Shown here: positions 1 through 12,191 of the stretch, in pieces | How the letters are laid out: every line of letters starts with the position of its first letter | Position numbering within the stretch: position 1 is the stretch's first letter | Assembly: GCA_003693705.1 (NCBI GenBank) | Contig: RBZT01000711.1 | Span: 1-64,000, forward strand | Reading direction: 5' to 3' | Source: Polymyxa betae A26-41 | Lineage: Eukaryota > Protista > Endomyxa: Phytomyxea | Length of the DNA stretch: 64,000 nucleotides | The notes under the pieces: model-generated | What the model was told of the DNA's origin: nothing | Database searches by the model: none | What the model saw: the letters and a program-made list of their open reading frames with translations, nothing else | Made by a program: the position numbers and the translations under genes

Positions 1-600
1 ACCGAGCGAGAAAACCAACATGTATCGTTATAGAAGCATGAGCCATTAGGTTTTGTAGGCCCCCGGTTCAATAGATGTGAAATGTGCTGGAGTGTGGCCG
101 AGAAAGAAAGGTTCGCAATTAAAGACACGATGCAGAAATTGGATTATTTATTACAGATGGAATCGACCGTTCAAATTATTCAGCGATCATGCAAACCTAT
201 ACAAATATTTTCATCAACGAATGTGTCAAGACCAACTGCTCAGAAGCTACAAAGATGAGCCCGTTACATGCAGCGGTTTAAATATCAAATCGAGCATATC
301 AAAGGACAGGAAAAACATCTGGGCTGCTCTGATGACAAGATGCTGAGCAAACCAGTTGATGTCTTGACGAAGAAGAGCTTACGCATCGATTGGTCAGTAG
401 AGGCGTACCGTAAGTGTCCCAGATGAAAAGAGGATTAGACCATTTCAGAACCCCGAGTTTGTATGGCATACTGTAGAAGAAATACAGAAAATTCAGAAGG
501 TTTGGCTATCAAATAAAGAAGGCCGAAACATAAATGAAGATGGTTTAATAGTCACAGATAAGAAGAAAGTGATTATTCCGTTGGCATTCTGCCATAGTGT
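1..600 (+). mobile_element. Degenerate Ty3/Gypsy pol remnant (end of RNase H, start of integrase region)
   Basis: ORF 77-346 has RPFKLFSDHANL, matching RPFRIFTDHRNL in the RNase H of the Gypsy at 51197-52372; multiple stops and frameshifts. Confidence 0.7.
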
Positions 601-1139
601 TCTTTGTTTCAATCAGTAGGATATCTTGGCTTTTGTAGTTACAGTATGGATGTAATTTTTTTATATATATCATTTATAAACGTGATTTAGGGTTTTCGAT
701 TATGGCGCAGCTGATGCTGTTACTGAGGTATTGCTTCATTGGTGCTGATGCTTCTTCCGCATCGGCTGCTGTCCTGATTAATGAAACGCAGTCATGGTCG
801 AGTTTATTGCGCTCACACTGCCGCATGTTCGGTGATTGATCGCTGACAAAAAGTCGAGGCTGACTCTGGGCTGTCGTCCCTGGGGTCAATAGCAGAGCGC
901 CGTCATGATGCTTGATAACCGCTTTCAGTCGCAAGTCAAGATGCTGCAAGTCTGTTGAACCCAGAATCTATGTCGAATGTTGGCCAACCTCCATTTTCTG
1001 ACGAAAACTGAGGTCTGTATCTGTGGCATATATCAAGAGTCTTTTGGCTTTTGCTTTAATGGCTGTTTATTGATTTTGTTTATGGAATTGATAAATTGAC
1101 GGGATCCTTTTGTTAAGAGAATTTAGATTTTTTTCCTAA

Positions 1140-1735
1140 GAGGCTGTTTCAAGAAAATAGACTCCGTGGCGCAATAGAGACTTCCACCAATCAGATTGCG
1201 TCTTGCTCTGTTTCTAGCTCTATTGCGGAAATTGATCTCCGTGAGGTCAATTTCCGAAATAGAGCTCTATTTCGGTTCCAATCTCGCAATAAAACAATCA
1301 TTTTCTCATGGATCCAACGACTGCTGCCATCGTTTCAGGGACCCTCGTCGCTTCTCTAACATGCTTGGCAGGTGCGGCCGTGGTATGGGCTTCTCAGCCA
1401 CACCGTGATGGCAGCTCATGGCGTCGGCCATGTTCGACGAGATCTGCAATTAGAAGAAACCGTCTGCTATTGCTGACGCCAACCATCACCTGAATGATGG
1501 ATGGTTCCGTGATACGTTTCGCTGTGCATGGGGCTCGTTTAACCAAATCGTCCGGCTTATCGAAGACGAGTGGGAGGCTACTATTTTTTGATTTCTGCAC
1601 AATTGCGAAGCCCTACAGTTGCGCAATAAAATCTGCGCCAGTGTCGCACTTATCTGCTCTCTTTCTCTGCCAGGATCTAATTGGGACATCAATTTCACGC
1701 AATTGCGCTAGCACGATATTACTTGGAACAGCCTC
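1140..1735 (+). mobile_element. Non-autonomous PIF/Harbinger deletion derivative (596 bp)
   Basis: TIRs GAGGCTGTTTCAAG / CTTGGAACAGCCTC (13/14); TAA TSD at 1137-1139 and 1736-1738; internal NDGWFRDTFRC..SFNQIVRLI resembles a Harbinger transposase N-terminus. Confidence 0.85.
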
Positions 1736-1865
1736 TAAATACTTTATACGGAATTCAGGGAATTGTGACTATGGATGTGCTCTGAACAAGGGCTGCTAAA
1801 ATCATGATATGGCTGTTTCTGCAGCCTTAGCTGTTTCTGCTGGTGTTGTTATTACTGTTGCTGCT

Positions 1866-2350
1866 CTTTCTGATGCTGCTGCTTTTGATGCAGGTACTGT
1901 TATTGCTAAACCTGCTGCTGTTAATGTTGCTGATGCTTTAGGACAGCCGACTAGCTGTCATGATGGTTGCAGTTCACGAAGAGCCCATACAGCCGTTGAT
2001 ATAACAAAAGATGGGCGCTCGAATCTGTGCTGCTGTGCTGTTAGTGTGGTTTCTGGGTTCAATAACACTCTGTCATCAAAGTGCTTCGCTAGCCCTTTCT
2101 GTAGCCAAGCTGCTATTTCTGCTGCTGTGTCTTCTGATGCTGCTGTTAATGCAGGTACATCTATTGTTAATCCTGCTGCTGCTAATTATGCTGTTGCTGC
2201 TTTTAGGACCGCGGACAAGCTGTCATAATTATGGTCGTTCACGAAGAGCCCATACAGCCGCCGATAAATCAAAAGAGGGGCGCTTGAGGCTGCGTTTTTA
2301 GTGTGGTTTCAGAGTTCAAGGACTCTCTGTCATCGAGGTGCTTGGCTAGC
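1866..2350. repeat. Diverged tandem duplication, unit about 260 bp
   Basis: Shared blocks GTTCACGAAGAGCCCATACAGCCG, TTAGTGTGGTTTC and CTCTGTCATC..GTGCTT.GCTAGC occur twice. Confidence 0.8.
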
Positions 2351-2431
2351 ATTTTTTGTTGGCAAACGCCCAGATATCACAAGGCGGTTGAGCCCGGTGC
2401 TAATCACAAATGTTTCGCCTTATATTCTTTA

Positions 2432-2792
2432 GAGTGCGTCTGGGGGCAGGCTGAAAACGCCATTCCGTGTCGCAAAACGCCGTTTCACCTCCGTTTTGGG
2501 CTAAACGCCGTTTTGAATCTGAGTTGCAACTGTCTGGAAGCAAAACGGAGCCCGATCCCAAAACGCAGTTTTCTCTCGGTGAAACTGCGTTTTCAAAAAG
2601 GAGGTCCGACCTCTGTTTTGACGTCCTTTTGCGTGGCGCCGCACCTTCTCTGACGCACAAGATTCTGCGAAAACGGCGTTTGTCTGGGGTGTCTGGAGGT
2701 TCCAAGCCCTTCAAAACGCCGTTACGACTATTTGAGAAAACGGCGTTTTGCCGTAACGGAGTTTCGAATCACGGTGGCTTCCAGACGCGGTC
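2432..2792. mobile_element. Tourist-like MITE (PIF/Harbinger), 361 bp
   Basis: TIRs GAGTGCGTCTGG / CCAGACGCGGTC (10/12); TTA TSD both sides; many internal AAAACG/CGTTTT motifs; GC-rich relative to flanks. Confidence 0.8.
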
Positions 2793-5700
2793 TTACTCAT
2801 TCTGACTATCTGCTGGTTTCGTCATTTTGCGATAATCTCTATTGATTTTTTATTGTGTAATTGATAGTTGTGGTTTAGGCATTTGGCTTTGCTCGGCAAG
2901 CTGTCACTACTGCTCCTTATCATGTTTTGATGTTTATTCTACTACTACTTTGCTTCTGATTTGCGGATCCGCTCCATTTATGCTAGTTGCCGATGCATAT
3001 TTTGCTTGCACGTTTAATTTGGTCTTCACTTTAATTGATCGAATCTCTGACAGAGCAGTCGGTATTGTTGATGTGTTTGTTTTGTTTTTTGTGAACTTTC
3101 AAATTGTGCTCTTTATCAGTTAGGGTATCAAAATGATAGCTTCAAAATAGCACACCAAACTTGCGACTCTCTAGTGAACTCTGATGCCTCAACACCCGCT
3201 TCGATGAGCCCTTCATACTGCCATTCTAATGAATTCGATCATGCATTAATAAAATCCTTTCTTAACTCCATGATAGGGGCCTCCATGCGGTAGTAAAGCA
3301 TGTATACTAATGTCTCTGTCGACATCCATGCATCCAGAGAGACAGCAAAGTCTTGCTTTTTTATTTCATAGTTGCTGTTTGAATTCACAAAACCATTTGT
3401 TCTTGTGGGCCCAAGCTAACAGCAAAATTTCCCTTGATGTCTTTTAGCTTCCCAATCATGACATTCAGAGGGTCAACATTTTCCATAAATTTACCGTAAC
3501 TGCGCAAGCCCGCGTTATCGTGCACCTTCTGGCGAAATTCTGCATTCTCTGACAGAAATCTGCGTATGGGATTTTGAGATGCAAATTTTCTGCGTTTTGC
3601 CGAAGTGCGCATTGGAGACAGGGAAGTTGATTTTTCTTTCCGAATTTGATTTGCAAATTCATTCGAAAATTCGAATTAAGACAATTTGCAGGAATTTTTA
3701 ACAGAGTGCACCGCTGTTAATTTAATTCCCAAAAAAGGACGTTTTTTCTAAAAATTGAAAACCGTCAGTGACGGAAGGTCTTCATGCTAATCCTATAATT
3801 GTTGTCAAAATCGCCTGATGATGACGTCGCCAACCAGCTGCTGCATATCGAAACCGCCTGAGCCATGGTTTCCATGCATGGCGCCATTACCAGTTGGGGT
3901 GTTGATGCACTTCGTCTTCGACGCCCCGATCCAGGCAGCCGGTTGGCGACCTCATCATACAGCTGCCAAACGTCGTCGTTCTCATCAAATCTTGAACTCG
4001 TCATCGGTATCTTAACCCTGTCTTTGTTGTGGCCATCGTCCAGATCTTGTGATAATCGTCATGGTGTTTTCATCGGCCTGAGGCAAGCCGTCGTGGCCTA
4101 AAAACATGTCCACAATTCCAACGTGTCGCTGCTGTCATCTCGATCCTGTCGTTATCTTGGTCCTGAATCTCTTGGCCATCGTATTAATATCATTTCCGCC
4201 GTAGCCATCGACGTACTTCGTCGGCATCGTCATCCTCCCGAGACTGCTGTGCTGTCGTCATCGTACAGTCTCGTTTATTTTAAATGTATCTTCCACTTCT
4301 GTCTTAGTAACTCTGAGAAGATGGGTTCGCCTCCATAGCATGTTGTGATACGAGAAAGTAAGCCTTAGCGGTAGCCCCAAGAATAATCCTTCCTGATTGT
4401 TGCAAGGCTAACACACTGCTCTAGTCAACAGAAGGGGCTGACATGAAAACGGTTATCGTTTACCGTCGTGAAGGGGGAATGGATGGCGGAATCGCCAAAC
4501 TGGCCCTAATCATTATGCATCAGAAAATTCAAAGTTTGAACAACAAGAATCCTTGACGTCGCCAACGAGCCCTTTGAGACTAAGTCAGAGTGTCCCTCCT
4601 GCAGCTGTCGCAAATCAGAAGAAAGACCAGAATGGCAAATTTAAGACGTCCAAGCCACGAGTATGGCCTAATCTCTTAGCAACGAGAAGCGCTTCTTCGA
4701 ACAAATACAAGAGGGGCTTTCAAGGGCGAATTTCGATCGACTAATTAAGCCACAAATGGAATTATTATAGACAAAGCAGGCAATACAGCGCTCGCCAAAT
4801 GCTGATGGATCAACTAGTAGAGATTGTAGACGAAAAGACAGTCGAGCTACTCCCAATCGTTCTGATAACGTTCCGATCTTGACTGTACATGTGGTCATCA
4901 TCGGCATCGGCTTCGTCCAGATCCTGATGCTCTTGCCTCATCGTCATCCGATCTTGTTGCTGTTATTGTCCCGATAGTGCGGTTGCTGTCGTAGTCTTCA
5001 TCATCCTGATCATGCGGCTGCTGTCGTCGCCTTCATCATCGCTCCGTTCGTGCCACTGTCGTCGTCCACACACAACCTCATTGAACGGCCATAGTCTGAC
5101 GCCATCAGGTTGTGTCATCGTCCGCTCACGTCCTGATCATTTCATCGTAGCCATAATCTGGATTTTATTTCTCATTGCTTTGTTAAGACTCATTTCAATC
5201 GCTTTGTATGAACTTTTTGATTGATCAGATTTCATCATGCCCATTGAGTATATCAGTTTAACATCATTTTTTTATTATCAACAAATTTCTTCTCGTCCGA
5301 TTCTAATTATAAAATAACTTTTAACTCCTAAGACTTTGCCGAGCATTAAGATTACGGGTTCTACATTCTCGAAGAATACCCACCTTGACCACTTGTTATT
5401 CTCTGATTTGCTCATGGCACGACCAGCGGTTGCTGTGTCTCTTGGTCCAAACTGTATCCGGTTGGTACCAATCAACAAAGGCCAATTGCAAACGGGAAGC
5501 GTCTTCTTTGACGTTGAGAGAAAAACCACAGAGCAGCGGCGAGCCAACGAACAATCTTGTTTGAATTAGATTCAATTTCACCTGCATCATATGGCTGCAG
5601 GTTTCAAGAGCTCTTTGTTAGTAATTCCGGGAACGAAATAGTGTTCTTTCATGCATTTTGCGTCTCGATATTGCTATTCCCCTGATATTTTTATCAACTT

Positions 5701-6503
5701 TGATATGGTAAGCAATATATAAGGCTGTCTCAATTTTCAATCTCCAAAGAATCACAATCATTAATAAATCCACTATAGATCGAATGCAAGCGCTGAACGA
5801 TAAAAGCTAGCTAGGTTTATTTCCCAGAATACAGCAGTATATTAAAGAAATCCGCAAATATAAACCCACTTTTGAAGTCTAGTTTCAGTCACAGAATCCC
5901 AAAGTGGGTGTCACTGTGTTCTTCCGTTTATTATTGGAAAGTGGATGTCTGTAATCCCTGTTTTTATGATGTCGCCTTCTGAGAGGGATAGCTCAGGATC
6001 TGAACGCGAATTCGATTTAGATTTGGATCGAGCTATGGGATGGTTCCTTCCCTTGCTGTATTCGGAAAAAATGCAGTGGTTTGATTCCACTAGCTTGCTC
6101 AAGTGGTTTCCGCTTGCGATTCCGTGCAGATTTCAGATTAGCGCCTGCATCTCCGGGACCGGATGAATCTATTTGGACAGTAGGTGCAAATTGAGTCGAT
6201 CCCAAGGGGTTATCCATTCAAAATCGCAACAACAGATCACACAAAAATAAGTAATAAAGCTAAACAGAGTTTGAAACTGGAACTACGTCCACTTTTATTG
6301 CTTAAAACAATTTCACATCCACTTTAATGTGACCGAAAGCTTACTGGGAGGCTCAGCGGAATCCTAGACTCTCTTTGACCCAAACTGGCTGTGACAAAAT
6401 CCAGTTTGAGCCAAATTACGGATAGCTTCATTATAATATCTGATTTTTAAGGTCTGAAATATCAGTTTGGCTTTCAACACTGACTCGATTACGCATGACA
6501 TTG

Positions 6504-7755
6504 TCATCGGAAGTTGCCCCGCATTTTGCAATTTCGATTTCGCAATATGCTGAATTTTGAAGTTGTTACCTCCTTCACTATCAATGCATGAACAAAAAAC
6601 TGTTTGTAGAGTGAGAAAGTGAAATTAATCTTGAAGGGCTCCAGCTCTTCAAACGATTCCAGCACTGCGTTGATATCTGGTCCAAACTCGCAGTTTTCTT
6701 TTTGCATTGTAGTTTCTGAATCGCATTGAAGAAGCCTAAATCTAGGCTATTCATATCAGGGCTGTTAGGCGGCTGACATATAAGCTGAATGTGGTATCCG
6801 CCCTCTGTGAATTCAGAGACAAACTCCGGGTGATCCGATCGGATATGTGGTCTTGCGTTATCTTGTTGGATAAACACTGGAGCTTGATTGGAAAATTTAG
6901 AGCAAATTGCTGGCAAAAGCTTTGTGATGAGGAATTCCAGTTATATTTTTGGTTTCAATTCAGTGTTCCTCTCAGGCGGTGTTTGCTGGATCGCTGTACG
7001 GGCTCAATAGTAACGAACGGCCCCATACCGTTGTTCCGTTAAAGATGCAGTTGCCGCTCGCGACGAAGCGGGGCTTCGCGACCGCGGCAAGAAACATAAC
7101 TTTACCGATGAACTTTTTGCTCTTGCCGACACGGTGCAGTGTCGCTTCGTCCCTCGTCAGATAGAGTTTCTTCGTTCCCTGAGTAAGGATGAACCACTTC
7201 TCATCGATGTGGACCACATCCATCATCGGTCTAAATTTCGGCAATGATTACATTGAATCCGGCTGTATCATAGACAAAACTTGAGACGAGTGATAGTATC
7301 CTCATTATTAAGCGTTGGTTTTAGAGCATTTGGATGACGCCGGATTTCCTCATTTTTCAATTTTCGATGTTCAGTGCAGTGACAGGGATTTTCGTTACTG
7401 CTGATAAATCTTCCAGTGTGCCTCTTCGTTCTAAAGGGACTGCGGAAACAATTGTAGAAATGCTCGCATATTTCAGTTTCCGTCCGCATTTTCTTTTCCG
7501 TGAGCGGACGTCTGCAAGAATTGCTCCAGCAGCCAATGACGATTCTCCACGCCTCCATATGCGACTTGCTGTTTTCCAGTAAATTCCAAATTCTTTACCG
7601 ACTTTGGGAAAGGAGCCTTTTAGGCTGTCCTTTGTCGTCCAGCATCCGCAAGAGGCGCTCATAGACAGCGCGCGCTGGTCGTTATTGAGATCATGACAGC
7701 GAACGATACCGTTTACATTTGCTGGGTCGGCGTCCGACGCAGTCAAGGTGTCCAT
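6504..7755 (-). mobile_element. Tc1/mariner DD39D-type transposase pseudogene
   Basis: LKPTLN..RLKFC, VHIDEKWF, KVMFLAAVAKPR, IQQDNARPH and QPPNSPDMNSLD motifs; 39 residues between second and third Asp; frameshifted; TIRs not found. Confidence 0.9.
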
Positions 7756-7899
7756 GCTGATGACCGAGCTGAATCAGCTCGCTGCAATTCTTAACAGAAC
7801 AATGAAACATGCATGCACTGCAGCACGACCATCCGTATCAAAAACAGTACTGGCACCACAGCTTTCATAATCTAACGCTTCGTCCAACGTTATGACAAC

Positions 7900-8650
7900 A
7901 TTCTATGTGTGATGGTTAGGACTATAAAGAGTACCGAACAAAGTCCAGGCGCAAATATAATGCATGAAATCAGTTTTATACTGGCGACTCGGATCCCAGC
8001 TGCTACTGAAATATGCTGTCAGTAAGTGTACACCATAATGACCAGGACCGGGCTGCTTGTATGGACGGTTTGAGTCGCTCGTCCTGTCATATGGCTTTGC
8101 TGTGTTACTGCCTCTTCGAAGAGCCCGTTCGACCCGTCTGCGTTCTTCATGGCAAGCTGACAGATGTCCTGATAAACAGTCCAAGTCTATCAGAACAACA
8201 GTCGTGATAATTAGCAGATTTCAAAATCTGTTCTTAGTCCATAGAGCAGGAGCGGGTGGTCTGAAACTCAGATGCTGACATCTTCGAACGATTGCTGTCT
8301 TGCGGAAGGGATGGGACGAGGGTAAGTGAGCGAAAGATCCCAGACGACAAGTCCTTTTGTTAGACCTCAAGCCTATTTTGCTGCAGATGCAAGCCGCATT
8401 TAAACCTGTGGCTCCCGCTTTCCTCATCGCTTTGGCAAAAGCTGGAAGATCTGCCATACTGCTTACCAGCTTAACCTTGACATAACAGTCATTAGCGCAT
8501 CATCACATTTATACTTGATTCAGCCGGATCCCTAATTCTCACCATGATAAGCGATTCAGATGAAGTGTCAAATATGCATATCCCTTGCCGGTTGATCAGA
8601 TTTAATTCGTGTGCTATGAGCCTAAGGTATGCCTGGAAGATGCCGTCTTT
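7900..8650 (-). mobile_element. CACTA/EnSpm (Transposase_21-like) transposase remnant
   Basis: YLRLIAHELNLINRQGICIFD, ADLPAFAK..GATGLNAACIC, HLPSSHPFR and WDP...DFMH match Tnp2-family motifs. Confidence 0.7.
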
Positions 8651-8749
8651 TATGCAAAACCCTATTCTACGTTTAATCTGATTACGATTTTATGCCTTCT
8701 CCCTTTATTGTTTTGCATTTAATAGATCTCGTGCATCGGGTAAAGGCTC

Positions 8750-9690
8750 TTCATTGAGCTTCATTTGCACTAAATTCGCACATGCCGCTAAAATGATTTA
8801 CTTGCTTGCGAGAATGCCGAAAGTGTTCTTTGAGGCAACTGAATCCTTAAAACGTTTGTCTACCATTTCATGTCTCGCCTGTAAGAGCTTAAGCCTTCGG
8901 TTGAGCTGTCGGTCACAATCAGAACGAGGATGTTCTATAGGGGTGAAAATATTACTCCTCCTGTCCCGGCATCCTTTATCTGCAGCAGGTTTTTCTCCTG
9001 GGAGCAATTTCGGAACGAGGCAATGTCTTGCCAAGCGAATGTCGGGCCCAGGTCAGCATTGTATCCCTCCAGCAACATGGACTATCTTGCTAACGCCAAT
9101 GGCAAGACCGACCTCATAACGCAGCCCTGCATGCTTGCACTTGTGCGACCTGTCGTTTTTGTCAAATACTGCTTGTTCAAACACCCACAAATCGGTCCCA
9201 TCGAGAGTACAGGATGGCACTAACTGGCTACAATTTTCCCACCGGGTTTCCCAATGAATCTGAATCGTTCACAGTCAACGAAAAGACCAAACATTTAAAA
9301 GCAAAATTTATTACGTAATCTAGTTTTGAGATTTGCTCAACTACAAACCAAACCCATTTCCTCTAATTCTTTGCTGACAACTTAAATACTGGACAAGCAA
9401 CTTCCTCGGGCCGGTAACATTGTTGAAAATTTTCTTCCCATTAGAAGGTGCTCTCGGCGCAGGTGCTTGTCGGAATTTCGGATATCGGACCATACCCGCA
9501 AGCAAGCCCTTAAGCTTATCCCGAAATGGGCTTTCCATTTCCTCTTCCATGATACTGCAGAGACGTATTCACAGAACCATTTGGCTTCGTTCACCGAACA
9601 CATCATGAATGGACAAAAATTGCGTGTGGGCATATGTTGGTACTCGAACATGAGACTGGAAAAACCGGTGTTTTCGGTTTCCAAAAAAAA
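8750..9690 (-). mobile_element. PIF/Harbinger-superfamily (DDE_Tnp_4-like) transposase pseudogene
   Basis: WKAHFGISLRACLRVW..EHLL N-terminus, TLDGTD, SHKCKHAGLRYEVGLAI, ADKGC and ARHE motifs. Confidence 0.75.
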
Positions 9691-10033
9691 TGTACAGAAA
9701 CTGATTGCTACTGAGCACAGAGCTTGACCATTTCAGCAGCAAGCAATATAGCGCTGTATGGACGGCTGAGGGCGATAATATTAACGTTTAACAAAATACA
9801 ATTCGGCAAAACTAAACCGAAAAAAATAAAAAAACTGCGTTTGGCTCTTGCAATTACATCGCTTTGTTCGATTTTGCCTAGCTGTTCTCAGATACGAATT
9901 TTTGGAGTTAGACGTTCAAGGTAGAATTTTGAGACTGGTTTTTCGGTTTGACGAGTTTCGTTTATGAACGCAGCCATGGAAAGTGTGCGGGTAATTGATG
10001 CACATTCAAACTTCTGAGTTCGTACTATAAATC

Positions 10034-10590
10034 ATGTCCAAGAAGTCTAACAAGGTCTCGTCATTAACGGCCGAGCACGACAAACGCCTGCCCGCAATCT
10101 TAGGCGAGCTATAAGATGGGATTGACGGCAAGACGATCACCGGGAAACAAGTCAAAGCATACGATGCCTTGTTTGCGTGACTGGATTCTGCACTACTGGG
10201 GAGAAAAATACGCCAAGGTCGATCTAACCGAGCCGACAATGGTAATATGCACTTTTTCGGCATTTTCTATAATATTTTTGACACTTCATAGCGGTTGCGC
10301 ATCACATGGTTGCCGGAGATGAGGATGACGAGATTACGCCATTGATATTGAATCGTAAGCGTGATTTTAAAATCTTTAGCTCCGATGTCGAGGAGATGAA
10401 AAGATACAGTAATGTTACCGATCAAAACACCCATCTTCGGGTTCGTCAAAATGGGTTTCAATTTGACATTAGACCTTTCGAAACAGTGGAGTGGGCAGAT
10501 GGAACGCGTGCAACAGTGCTCTTGATCATTACCGCAAACTACTCGATAACCGCGGCAGTCTCTGCTAATGGGCATTATCTTGATTGTTAA
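10034..10590 (+). pseudogene. Degenerate spliced ORF divergent from the Harbinger transposase, possibly its accessory gene
   Basis: Coding-like frames with a likely GT-AG intron at ~10242-10290; no recognised domain. Confidence 0.3.
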
Positions 10591-11687
10591 CTATTTCCAG
10601 AGAATGATTGACCCAGATTTCTACCTTAGCCCCAGTGCCAAAAATAATATTTTATCCTGCTCCGAGTCAAGAGCCACTCTGCAATATTTTGAAGGTAAAG
10701 AAGCAGAAACTAAGCATTTTCGAAGAAAATACTTCCTTCAATGGTAAAGCGTGACATCAACAGCACGAAGGGAACATATCCATCTGTAATGGTGTTTACT
10801 CTTACTGTCGCCCCCGATATCTCTTATGGGGATTCCGAATCCTGCGAGTCGTTGTAAAACGGCTTCTAAAACGTTTGGTTCCGGTTTTTGGAGCTCTTTT
10901 AGGTGTTTGAAAATAAATTACAAATAATAATGGGTTTTAGTTAAAAGACCGCAGCTTTCTGGCTGGAGAAGTAAGATGAGGATGTCCTAGCAACGGAAGA
11001 TGGTTTGCAATGAGCAAACGATGGTAGAGTCAAATAGCTAAAAACATGTGGCCAAACCGAGATTTCCAACGAATTGTGAACACAAACACCATCGAAGCCG
11101 TGAGCGACAGCAATGACCATGGATTTCCTCTCTGGAAACTCCCAGAGAGATCGCATGAAGATGACCGATGTCAGGATACCTGGATGTATTCTTTGCAATG
11201 ACAATGTTTCCTTGACATGAAACTGGACATAGTGGTCGTAGAAGAGGTCGCCGTGGATCCAGTTGTTTAAAAGCTCGCTCTTCAGCTTTGTTTCCTTGAA
11301 TTCTTCAACCTGCATTACGAGCTCGCTATATCCGGTCCAAAACAAAATTGCGAATGTACTGAAGCAAACCTAGTCAAAGGGCGTTATTGGACTCTGTTGC
11401 AAAGACAGACCAACCGGAATGTCATTGTACAATGGCCAGTAATGAAACGATTTAGCATTTTCTCTGGAACTACTGAAAATAGGGCAGCTCTCTGCCGTCT
11501 CCAACTCTAATACGTAGATGCAGTGGCCAGATAGACATGGCAGAAGTTGAAGTGGCTTGAGCGGGAGAAGTATATCTCTCAGAATAGTTGTTTTAGCCTC
11601 GTTCCAGCAATTTGGGAAACACTTGAACAGAGCAACGTCGTCTCAAGAAGACAAATCTGGTGCTGGTGGGTAAAAGGAAGATGATTC

Positions 11688-11810
11688 TGTTAAACGAGGC
11701 GAAGGGAGATTATGATTATCTAAAGAACTGAAGAAGTTTAATTGAGGTAAGCTCATTGTAGGTAAATTGTAATAGTTGATTCGCACATGAGTTAGTGTCT
11801 TGTGTCAACA
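11688..11810 (-). repeat. Copia-A 3' LTR
   Basis: Direct repeat of 15992-16114, about 14 differences in 123 bp. Confidence 0.95.
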
Positions 11811-11824
11811 CGCCCCTTCGCTAA

Positions 11825-11976
11825 GGCCGCGTTTGGGTGTCGTTACGCACACCTTTCTGCGTAGAAATTTTCTATTTAGAAGCCAACTACACCTCCAAGA
11901 TGTAGTGCGTTTTTCGTAAAATTTCTACACTTTCCTACATTCTTCTACGCAGAATTTGCGGATTCCAAACGCGGCC
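11825..11976. mobile_element. Tourist-like MITE (152 bp) inserted beside the Copia-A PPT
   Basis: Perfect 12-bp TIRs GGCCGCGTTTGG / CCAAACGCGGCC; TAA TSD both sides. Confidence 0.92.
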
Positions 11977-12191
11977 TAATCAATAGTGTGTGTTTCCGAC
12001 CTGAGTCGTGGCTGTTGAGTAAAGGACATTGTGGCTGGATGCTGCGCCGCAGTTCGCAGTTTGAGTTGGGAACTCATAGGGTGCAGGGATGCGCTTCGAG
12101 CCATAGTTGATGAGTGTTGAACGATGTTGGTTGAGTACTCGTTCGTTGAGCGGATTGGTGAGGGCGTCGGTGAGCATCGCGGTCGTCGGGC

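Larger units (their letters stand above)
674..3480 (-). pseudogene. Degenerate gene of unknown function with an internally repeated module, interrupted by two MITEs
   Basis: Minus-strand peptides KHHDGALLLTPGTT (~880-915), KHFDDRVLLNPETT (~2045-2090) and KHLDDRESLNSETT (~2305-2345) resemble each other; diverged nucleotide duplication ~1866-2092 vs ~2130-2350. Confidence 0.4.

Noticed and set aside
3480-3710. Possible MITE with GCAGAAAT/GCAAATT-type motifs ending in CAGAGTG
   Set aside because: No convincing matching left TIR or TSD
3765-5220. TCATCG-rich region with weak internal similarity
   Set aside because: Low complexity; no domain or boundaries could be assigned
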